64,000 nt of DNA. Origin: a virus. The position numbers and the translations under genes were made by a program. The stretch is from the IMG/VR virus record IMGVR_UViG_3300030061_003198; one strand, written 5' to 3'. Every line of letters begins with the position of its first letter. Within the stretch, counting starts at the first letter, position 1. Shown here piece by piece: positions 50,504 through 59,433 of this stretch. The notes under the pieces were generated by a model. That model made no database searches. It was not told where the DNA came from and saw nothing but the letters and a program-made list of their open reading frames with translations.

Positions 50504-53109
50504 TACGTCATTCCTTGATACCATACAAATATTTTAGTTTGATCTGGGATTGATAGATGTTTACCAGACCCTGAAAAGAATGCAGCTGATGCGGTGCTTG
50601 ATACTGTTAATGATCCTGTTATTTGTAAATTGTTAGTAGTTGCAAAATATGATCCAGTTTCGTGGAATATACTTCCTCCGCCAGCGCTTGGTAAATTTGT
50701 TAAACCAGATCCATTCCCTATAAAGCTTCCAGAAAATAAAGATGCAGAAACTGTACCTAATATAGTAACTCCTTGTGTTCCGGAGCCTGATATATATAAA
50801 CTACCCGATAATATTGTATTTCCATTTACGTCTAAAGTGGATCTAGGATTTGTTTTATTAAGTCCAAAATTACCTCCACCATTCCAATATGATTGACTTG
50901 TAGGTCCAACTATAAATTTAAGATTGGGAGAGTCATTATTTGAATTTTCTAGATAAACCCCAAATGTTCTACGTTCTGTTACTGTTGTTGTGCCTTCATT
51001 TTGATCATTAGCTACTAAAGTAATAGAACTTATAGCAGTAGCAGTAGGTTGAGCATTTATTCCTATTGCAATACTACCTCTACCTGTACTAGTACCACTT
51101 CCTGCACCAGCTCCTATTGTAATTGAATCTAATCCAGCTCTTGCAACTTCGCCAATACCAATACCTTTCATATCAGCAAAAGCTCCATCTCCTATAGCAA
51201 CTGCGCCTTCTGCATTTGCAGTTGTTCCTAAAGTAGCTGAATTACCTATTAAAACAACATTTGCTCCTACTCCTGATGTTTGTCTAATTCCTCCAAATAC
51301 ATTTAATGAACCTGTAATTGTTCCGGAGCCTGATATATATAAACTACCTGATATTACTTGATTTCCATTAAATGTATTTGATCCTGTAATTGCATATGAT
51401 GAAGTTTGTGAATTGGTTACAAATGAAGACGTCTGAGAATTGGTTACAAATGATGAAGTTGCTGAACTAGTAACAAATCCTAATGCACTAATTTGGGTTG
51501 ATCCAGATACTGTACCAGCTGGTATAGTTATTATATTTAGAGCATGAGATGCAGTAACTGCAAAACTTGATGTCAATACCGACATCGAAGATGTCTGTGA
51601 ATTGGTTACAAATGATGAAGTTTGTGAATTGGTTACAAACGATGATGTCTGCGAGTTTACTACAAACGAAGCGGTTGCACTATTTGCTACTACATTTGCT
51701 GTTTGTGCATATGATGATAGATCTTGATCACCTGTATTGGTTCCTGATAAATTTGAACCTAATACTGTGCCAGTTGCTAATACGTTTCCTGCTACTATAT
51801 TTAATGATCCGCTAATATTTACACTACCAGATACTGTTAAGAATCCATTTTGTATTACAGACCCTGTGATAATAGATAGTGTTCCTCCCAATCCCATATT
51901 TGCATGGTTAGTGCAATAGTAATATAGAGTAGGAGTAGAATTAGTTACAGATATCTGCGTATATGCTCCTGCAGATCCAGGACTTCCTGCAATAGTAACT
52001 CCGGTTGAATAATTAGATGATCCACCGGTGTCGGTTGAAAATCTTAGCGGATGGCTTCCTCCACTTCCGTTTGATGCGTCTGATTGGTCAAATTTATATG
52101 AATTTCCTGCAGTTAGACTTATAGACGATGTTATAGTTCCATCTAGATAATACTTATTACCTCCTCCTGGATCGACTACTGTTACTGCAATTGATGATGT
52201 TGATCCATTACCAGGTACTACGCTACCTGACAAATTTGTTATAGTTAAGTTGTCAAAACTAGCTGTAGATGAATTTGTTAAAAACGATGATGTTTGTGAG
52301 TTTACAACAAATGAAGATGTCTGTGAGTTCACAACAAATGAGCTTGTTTGTGAATTGGTTACAAAAGATGCTGTTGCTGAGCTACTAATAAATCCAAAGG
52401 CTGTTATTTGTGCCGAACTAGATATTGTTCCTGATGGTGTACTTCCTCCTCCAATTAAAAATGAAGCTGTAGCTGCGAAACTCGCAGATACTACTGTTCC
52501 TAATAAAAGAGATGCTGTTGTTGCAAAGCTTGAACTTAAAACGGTCATCGATGAAGTTTGTGAATTAGTTACAAATGAAGCAGTTGCCGAACTTGTTACG
52601 AATCCAAATGCAGTTATTTGAGCAGAGCTAGATACAGTTCCTGCAGCTGCAGATCCGCCTCCTACTGAAAAATCAGCTCCAGCAATTGTAATAGTAGTTA
52701 AAGCAGTACCTGGTGATCCACCTGGATTTGCAACTACTGTTGTTCCGCCACCGCCACTAATACCAGTTAATGCAGATCCGTCTCCTTGGAATGAACCAGA
52801 AAAAGATCCGGAGAATTGACTTGCGTCGAATATAACAGTATCGCCTAATGAAGAATCTCCAATCGTTAATATATTGCCATTAGCAGATATTTTACCACCA
52901 CCCATCAATTTTAATGTTGATTCTGCAGCCGGCAGTCCAATTTCAACATCACCTGCAGTACTTTGATCTCCTAATATAATATCATTATTAGATCCAGATT
53001 TTGGTAATATAACTAAATCTCCAGATCCAGAAACAAATATTTCACCCATTAGGTGTCCAATTGTATTAAAAAATTGTATTTTTTCGTTATTTAGTATCTG
53101 GTATTTCAT
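50503..53109 (-). CDS. Ser/Gly/Thr-rich tail/neck fibre protein
   Basis: SGS and VTNSQTSSF repeats, YadA-like (A/S)IAIG repeats and a C-x2-H-x2-M module. Confidence 0.7.
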   Translation of the reverse strand: MKYQILNNEKIQFFNTIGHLMGEIFVSGSGDLVILPKSGSNNDIILGDQSTAGDVEIGLPAAESTLKLMGGGKISANGNILTIGDSSLGDTVIFDASQFSGSFSGSFQGDGSALTGISGGGGTTVVANPGGSPGTALTTITIAGADFSVGGGSAAAGTVSSSAQITAFGFVTSSATASFVTNSQTSSMTVLSSSFATTASLLLGTVVSASFAATASFLIGGGSTPSGTISSSAQITAFGFISSSATASFVTNSQTSSFVVNSQTSSFVVNSQTSSFLTNSSTASFDNLTITNLSGSVVPGNGSTSSIAVTVVDPGGGNKYYLDGTITSSISLTAGNSYKFDQSDASNGSGGSHPLRFSTDTGGSSNYSTGVTIAGSPGSAGAYTQISVTNSTPTLYYYCTNHANMGLGGTLSIITGSVIQNGFLTVSGSVNISGSLNIVAGNVLATGTVLGSNLSGTNTGDQDLSSYAQTANVVANSATASFVVNSQTSSFVTNSQTSSFVTNSQTSSMSVLTSSFAVTASHALNIITIPAGTVSGSTQISALGFVTSSATSSFVTNSQTSSFVTNSQTSSYAITGSNTFNGNQVISGSLYISGSGTITGSLNVFGGIRQTSGVGANVVLIGNSATLGTTANAEGAVAIGDGAFADMKGIGIGEVARAGLDSITIGAGAGSGTSTGRGSIAIGINAQPTATAISSITLVANDQNEGTTTVTERRTFGVYLENSNNDSPNLKFIVGPTSQSYWNGGGNFGLNKTNPRSTLDVNGNTILSGSLYISGSGTQGVTILGTVSASLFSGSFIGNGSGLTNLPSAGGGSIFHETGSYFATTNNLQITGSLTVSSTASAAFFSGSGKHLSIPDQTKIFVWYQGMT
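51395..52600 (-). repeat. Clusters of 27-bp (V(T/V)NSQTSSF) tandem coding repeats
   Basis: About nine NSQTSS units in four clusters (near 51400-51450, 51585-51670, 52280-52370 and 52550-52580). Confidence 0.85.
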
Positions 53110-53122
53110 ATATTAATAAATA

Positions 53123-56100
53123 TCATAATTTAATTTTATTGAACTTATAAATTTGTGTTAAATCAGATGTTTGTTGCAATACTCTATTTCTTCCTGCGGA
53201 GTTTGTAAATGGAGTGTTCTGTGATGTTATATAATGTTTTTGATTATCAAATAATTTTAAGAAATCCATATTGCTGTATTGTATATGTATTTTTGATACA
53301 TCTGGAGTTACAATTTTAAAATTTAAATCTTTAAATGAACAAATCAATCCTATGGGCATATAATATTGTCCTTTAACATAAAATGAAAATGTATATGTAC
53401 CTTTATTTAATGTATATTGCTTATTGGTAGCTATTGTAGTTAAGTCTAATTGATTTAATCGAATAACATCTAAAATAGTATTAGTTGTTTGATTTTCAAA
53501 TATCCATTCATGTTGGGATTGAGCATAAGCATTATATTGTGGTTGGGCGTAACTAGAATATGCTGAGTCGCCGAACATAGCTTGTAATGTTGTTTTATAT
53601 ATAAAATTAAAATCTATACGTACTGGGGTATTATCCTCTGATACTTCAAAATGACAAGCTATATGTCTAGCTGTTTCTGTTGTTCCGCCAGAATCTGGAT
53701 TTGGTAATGTATCTCCTCTCCAATATAATTCATATAATCCATCGGTTTTAAAGGTATCAGTTTTAACAATTTGAACTTGAGCTGTATTACTAGCTTTAAT
53801 TAATACATAATCTCTATTTCCAAATCTCCTAGAGTCTGAGCCTTTGAAGAAGATTGGATTTGTGCCTTGACCTGGATATGTTCCTAATGTCGATTGGCCT
53901 CGGCCGGTATAGGTATCTACGTACCCCAATTGAGAGCTGCGCATTCTAGGATTTGCTGCAGATGGATAATAAAATACATTATTTGTGTTATTTTTAAAAT
54001 TATTTCTTGTATTCATTTCATAATCTATTAAAGGGCCATTAACGGCGCTTTCAAGATAATTATCTCTCCAGTTCCAATTGTATTCTTCAGGAAAAATATT
54101 ATTACTAGTATGTATAACATTTGATAAATCTGATATTGCATTATATCCTCTATCAACACGAATTCCGCCTGTTAAAGCATGATTACGTTGATAACCTCCA
54201 ATCATAAATGTATTTTGTAAATATACTTTTCCAGTAGCTTGCGAGGTACCTAATCCATATTGATCTATAGGTACATTAACACCGCCGGTTATACGATGTT
54301 GTGCTACGCAAAAATTAATTACATTTTTTTGTTTTCTTGGATACATAAATCCTAAATAAGTAGTGCTTCCATATGTCATAAAAACATTGAATGCTAATAA
54401 TTGGGATGGAGCAGATGGATTTGCTGTTGGGATAGCTTGTAATGTATTATGAGTTAAAATATTACGATACAACCCAGGTTTCATATGAGAAACATAACTT
54501 TCTTGATTTAAGAACATTCCTATATCTTCATAAGTTCGTATACCTTCATATTCATTACCATTATAATTATATATTGCTCCATTTTTAAATGTTACATTAC
54601 ATAATTGTTGAGTTACATTATCACTTGAATATGTATATATAAAGAATGGGGCTGCTCTATCTCCAATTAATGTTACTTGTCCTCTGTTATATTTGTATGC
54701 CATTGTACCAACACCAATATGTTCATGTGTTATTGGTCTGTCTAATGTTACTATATTATTATTAATAGCTATTATATCATAATAACGATTAACTCCTCCT
54801 AAAGCTTGCTCATCCGGAGTTGATTTATCATAATACCCGGTCATATTGTGTACGTTTGTATAATTTTGCCAAGTTGAGTTATCTGTAGCAGTTGCGATAT
54901 GACCGGTGGAATTCATTTGTTTACTCCAAAAGAATATTTGATCTCCAATTGCAAAGTTTTTTACATTAGCTAATTCTACTTGACATAAAGAAGAAGTTGG
55001 GCCGCCATAGGCATCAACACAACTAGCAGATGGAGGAGCATTATCTAATGATCCAGAAAAATTATATGCTCCAAAGAAAGCGTGCCTATAATATAAAGCA
55101 TTAGATGTTCCGCCACGTGACTTATATTTTACATAACGTTTATTTACGGATCCGGAAGGGAAAGTATAATAACGTATTGCGCCTCTATATGTAGATCTTC
55201 TTGTATCATCTAAAAGTCCAACTACTGTTTGCCAAGCTGGAGTAGCTACGCCAATATCATCGCAAACTTGAAATGTAATATCATTCATTTGGTTACTAGT
55301 ATCTCTTTCAAACCCATATGCATCTTTAGAAAATACCATTCCAATTGTATCAAATTCTACTTGGGTTCTAAAATCATATATAATATAAAAATTATCATTT
55401 GATTGACCATAACTCCAATAGCTAGGATTATTCGATCCACGTGGAACTAATGTTGCTCCTTTATTATATCTGTCAGATGAATATCGATATGCATTAACAC
55501 TAGGTAAACTAGTGCCACCAGCGGTTGTACCAGTATAACATGTTGCATACATGTATGGTAAAATAGATGTGTCGCCTTTTTTATACTCATAGTCCCATAA
55601 TAAATTTTTAAATCCTTTTGCGTCAACTACTTCTGTTGCAATAAATTTACTGCGTTTATTTGCATATTGATTATATAACAATCCGCCTTCTTTTATTTTG
55701 TCACGATATGTAAATGAATCTTGTGTATCTAATATTAACATTTGCCATTTTGTTTTAATATTAACGCTATGAATCGATCCATATTGTCCTAGAGTTAGAC
55801 CAAGCCTTCCCCTAGGCATTTCAGTCTCTTTTTTGTCTATTAAAATTTCTCTACCTTTTGGATCTCCTAAATATGTTGTTTTAAGATTATCATCAAAAAC
55901 TATTCTTAAATGAGCACTACCGCCTGTTTTACTACCTCTTTGTGATTCTAATGATGCAGTTACTGAATGCCAGCTAGCAGTTAAATTATTTACAACAGGC
56001 CGCATATCAAAATTAGTGCTAGTTACATCGTTGTAATTTATAGCATTTTGTCGATATTGATATCTAAATGGCGTTGCTGGATTATTATATTGAGAATAAA

Positions 56101-59100
56101 GATTTATTGAGCCTGATATATTAGAAGCAGAACAAGGAAAGTTTCCAAAGTTAAATCCTTGGGAGTAAACTGTTCCTGCAGATTGCACTACTCGGCCACC
56201 ATAGTTTCCTGATATGGTTGTTCGATCCATATATGGCCAAGGAGTTTGATATGCATAATCTAGATCTCCATAAGTACTTCCATAACTATCTTTTCGACTA
56301 GGTGGTGAGAATGGAATACATCCATTTACTACGCCAAAAAATGTTGATGTGTACATTGCTTGACTCGATGTAGGATCATATAATCCATTTCTTAGCAAAC
56401 TTCCAGAAACTATTATTTCTCCCCTTTGAAAATTTGAGGTATCTTTTAATTGGTATTCTCCTGATATGTAATTAGTGGTATATATAGAATGGTATCTATA
56501 TGTCTGATTGACGCTTCCATTTGTTCTATCCATTCTATATGATGGATGTACATTATACCAAGTATATGCTTGAGTCGGATCCAATTGTAATGATCGGTAT
56601 CCTTGATTCGATCCTGATTTTTGTGCATAATTTAAAGCATTATATGCATTACTATTAAAAGATGCAGAGTCAGGAAAATGTCTACTTCCTCTATATGATC
56701 CTGTTATTAATAGTCTATCTTTCATGAACAGTTCAGTGAAATATGTACTAGGTTGTGTTATACCATATGTGCTAGAATTAGTTGGCCAGATGGAAGATGC
56801 AGAATAATCATTTTCTAATAGATCAAATACTTGATTTAATGCTGGTTGATTTGATGATGTAAATTCATAAAAATGTGATTGCGATAAATATGTAGTAGCA
56901 TGTAATACATTATATGCACTACCACTTATAACTAATTTATCACCTGTTTGGAAATTTAAATGTGTACTATCTACTAATACAACACGCTTAGATCCAATAT
57001 AATTAGAATCTGGAGCTTCTTTAAATGTTTCTGTAAAATCATTATGTGTATACAATCCCATATTTGATTGTATCTCTCCCTCTTTTCCATACATTTTACC
57101 TACTGTAATATAATCGCCGCTCATTGACATTATTTGTACAATTTCATCTGTTTCAAATGCATGATCATATGATCTTTCTATATAATATTTACCGTCAGTA
57201 CTTGTATATCCGCCAACTGCATCTGTCCTTGGACGATTGTAAACGCTGAATTGTGGACTGGCGTGTCTATTTGCAAATTGATCTGAACTAGCTGACCACC
57301 ATGTATTTGGATCATTTTCATCAATATAGTCTAAACCAAAATCAGTATTTTTAGCATGTATTTTAATTGATCCAGTCGATTCTAAAGATATATAATCACC
57401 TACTCCAAAAGTATTTTGTGCATCGGTAATTCGTATTGTTGTGTCGCCGGCGCTAGCTGCTTCTGTTAGTATAGACGATGAATAATTTGCTGATCCTGAA
57501 ATTATTACTGATGTATAATTTTGTCTTTGATATATTCCTGATTCATAATTAGGAACTAATGATGTTCTACTAGAACTTAAATGTATTGTTGCTTGATCTG
57601 TTACTAATAATGTTGATCGAACTGCATAATCGTACATATCAATACTAGGATAATATGTACTATCTTCTAGATCATGTATTGTAATTTTTGATTGATCTTT
57701 TACATGAAAATGGGTAAAGCCGCCCATTTCAATACGTCCTACCTCCCAATGCTGACTACCTGTTAATTCCCATTGTTGCATTAAAGTATCACTATAAAAA
57801 GTATTGCTAGTTCTCCACATTGCACCGTTGACTTTATAAGTATTCGATCCAGTTAATGGAGCATACAATGGAACATGTATCACAGATTCTGTAGTATATA
57901 AAGAGTAATTTGTATCAATATTTATTCCACGCATATAGCTTGTTTGTGGATCTTGAAGATTAATTTTTACTATTTGATGATTACCAGGTCCAAGGCCTTG
58001 GTAAAACATATTAGCAGTATATGCATATATATGGCCTGAGCCAGTTATGAATTTTGAGTAATAACCACTATTTGAAGAAGTATATGGGGTTCCGTATTTA
58101 ATACTAGCAGTTCCTTCTGGAAACCATATAGGATATTCCATATTTCTTAATGTGTCTCCGCTTCCACTAAACCCACCTGTTACAAAGCCATATGCATGTG
58201 CCGCGCGGAGGTAACCACTAGTGTCAGTTCTAGTCATATTATAACTAGCAGCATTAACATATCCAAATGACGGTCCACTAGTATGATTCGAGTTTCGATA
58301 TTCGCTACCAGTAGTTGTAAATACAGTGAAACAGTTTAAATTATTTAGGTATGCGTTATTGTTATTTGTTAGTCCCCGAGCGTTATGAGGACCACGGATT
58401 TCCCATCTTCCTCCATTTGAAACATGTAATGCAGATCCAGTAAATAAATCAACCATTCTATCAGTCATTGGATAGCCTTCATTAGCTGCTAGCCAATCTT
58501 CTTTGCTAACACCAAATGCTCTACTTCTTGTGTAATATGTTTCTCCGACTAATCCTAATGGTTCTGCAATTGTTACCCCATCAATAGTAAATGATGTATC
58601 ATTGACACCATCATAATACAAATAATATGTTGAAGCATACATGAAGTATCTATTAGGCAATCGGTCAGCGTTATTTACATTGAATGTGTCACGATATAAC
58701 CAGTTCCATTGATTTTCTGAGGTTGCATTGTAACTATGTGTTGTACCATATGTACTATTACCATTTACATTATTGTATGCTCCTCTAAAATATGATTCAG
58801 TTCCACTTGCACCATATGCATATGCACTTTGAGCATAGGTACCACCAGGTATATCATTAACAATTCCTGGGAATTGTCTTTGTATTATATTCCATTTACT
58901 AGAAGAATATGAATAATTAGGGTGATTAAAATGAATTGGTAGTATCAGTTCTCCGTCATATGCATTACTATTGTTTTTGCTTGTGGCGCCTAAATAGATG
59001 TTATTTTCATAGGAGGTATAAACGGATGCCATTCGTTTAAATCTTGCTACATCTTCCTTACCAGGTACTACTCCACCTTCCCAGTTTTTAGGGTCTAACG

Positions 59101-59149
59101 GATTCCAACATTGGGTAGTTGGATTATATATTGATTGTATTATTGCCAT
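53123..59149 (-). CDS. Giant (2008 aa) Tyr/Asn/Ser/Thr-rich virion protein, probable receptor-binding or spike protein
   Basis: Long ORF in the fibre cluster; discoidin-like segment YIIYDF...ITFQV.DD...WQTV...RYVK. Confidence 0.6.
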   Translation of the reverse strand: MAIIQSIYNPTTQCWNPLDPKNWEGGVVPGKEDVARFKRMASVYTSYENNIYLGATSKNNSNAYDGELILPIHFNHPNYSYSSSKWNIIQRQFPGIVNDIPGGTYAQSAYAYGASGTESYFRGAYNNVNGNSTYGTTHSYNATSENQWNWLYRDTFNVNNADRLPNRYFMYASTYYLYYDGVNDTSFTIDGVTIAEPLGLVGETYYTRSRAFGVSKEDWLAANEGYPMTDRMVDLFTGSALHVSNGGRWEIRGPHNARGLTNNNNAYLNNLNCFTVFTTTGSEYRNSNHTSGPSFGYVNAASYNMTRTDTSGYLRAAHAYGFVTGGFSGSGDTLRNMEYPIWFPEGTASIKYGTPYTSSNSGYYSKFITGSGHIYAYTANMFYQGLGPGNHQIVKINLQDPQTSYMRGINIDTNYSLYTTESVIHVPLYAPLTGSNTYKVNGAMWRTSNTFYSDTLMQQWELTGSQHWEVGRIEMGGFTHFHVKDQSKITIHDLEDSTYYPSIDMYDYAVRSTLLVTDQATIHLSSSRTSLVPNYESGIYQRQNYTSVIISGSANYSSSILTEAASAGDTTIRITDAQNTFGVGDYISLESTGSIKIHAKNTDFGLDYIDENDPNTWWSASSDQFANRHASPQFSVYNRPRTDAVGGYTSTDGKYYIERSYDHAFETDEIVQIMSMSGDYITVGKMYGKEGEIQSNMGLYTHNDFTETFKEAPDSNYIGSKRVVLVDSTHLNFQTGDKLVISGSAYNVLHATTYLSQSHFYEFTSSNQPALNQVFDLLENDYSASSIWPTNSSTYGITQPSTYFTELFMKDRLLITGSYRGSRHFPDSASFNSNAYNALNYAQKSGSNQGYRSLQLDPTQAYTWYNVHPSYRMDRTNGSVNQTYRYHSIYTTNYISGEYQLKDTSNFQRGEIIVSGSLLRNGLYDPTSSQAMYTSTFFGVVNGCIPFSPPSRKDSYGSTYGDLDYAYQTPWPYMDRTTISGNYGGRVVQSAGTVYSQGFNFGNFPCSASNISGSINLYSQYNNPATPFRYQYRQNAINYNDVTSTNFDMRPVVNNLTASWHSVTASLESQRGSKTGGSAHLRIVFDDNLKTTYLGDPKGREILIDKKETEMPRGRLGLTLGQYGSIHSVNIKTKWQMLILDTQDSFTYRDKIKEGGLLYNQYANKRSKFIATEVVDAKGFKNLLWDYEYKKGDTSILPYMYATCYTGTTAGGTSLPSVNAYRYSSDRYNKGATLVPRGSNNPSYWSYGQSNDNFYIIYDFRTQVEFDTIGMVFSKDAYGFERDTSNQMNDITFQVCDDIGVATPAWQTVVGLLDDTRRSTYRGAIRYYTFPSGSVNKRYVKYKSRGGTSNALYYRHAFFGAYNFSGSLDNAPPSASCVDAYGGPTSSLCQVELANVKNFAIGDQIFFWSKQMNSTGHIATATDNSTWQNYTNVHNMTGYYDKSTPDEQALGGVNRYYDIIAINNNIVTLDRPITHEHIGVGTMAYKYNRGQVTLIGDRAAPFFIYTYSSDNVTQQLCNVTFKNGAIYNYNGNEYEGIRTYEDIGMFLNQESYVSHMKPGLYRNILTHNTLQAIPTANPSAPSQLLAFNVFMTYGSTTYLGFMYPRKQKNVINFCVAQHRITGGVNVPIDQYGLGTSQATGKVYLQNTFMIGGYQRNHALTGGIRVDRGYNAISDLSNVIHTSNNIFPEEYNWNWRDNYLESAVNGPLIDYEMNTRNNFKNNTNNVFYYPSAANPRMRSSQLGYVDTYTGRGQSTLGTYPGQGTNPIFFKGSDSRRFGNRDYVLIKASNTAQVQIVKTDTFKTDGLYELYWRGDTLPNPDSGGTTETARHIACHFEVSEDNTPVRIDFNFIYKTTLQAMFGDSAYSSYAQPQYNAYAQSQHEWIFENQTTNTILDVIRLNQLDLTTIATNKQYTLNKGTYTFSFYVKGQYYMPIGLICSFKDLNFKIVTPDVSKIHIQYSNMDFLKLFDNQKHYITSQNTPFTNSAGRNRVLQQTSDLTQIYKFNKIKL

Positions 59150-59430
59150 TATAACGTTTCATTAAAATTTTGAATTGATTCTTTTACTAATTCTAACCAT
59201 TTAATAAAGTCTTTAATATAAGCTATATTGTCCATTTCTGCTTTTTTGTAATTATCAATTGACGTTTGTATAGACTGTAATAACGTTATAATATCGTCTT
59301 TATTATAATTATGTGTTAATGAAATTGTATGTGATTCTTGATTGATCTCAATTGTAGTATCAGTACTAAGTGCATATAGTAATGTTACTTCTGGAGTCAT
59401 TATAGTTTCTAGTGCTTCGATTGATTGCAT
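59149..59430 (-). CDS. Hypothetical protein, possible fibre chaperone
   Basis: Coupled by a TAATG overlap to the giant ORF. Confidence 0.5.
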   Translation of the reverse strand: MQSIEALETIMTPEVTLLYALSTDTTIEINQESHTISLTHNYNKDDIITLLQSIQTSIDNYKKAEMDNIAYIKDFIKWLELVKESIQNFNETL

Positions 59431-59433
59431 AAC

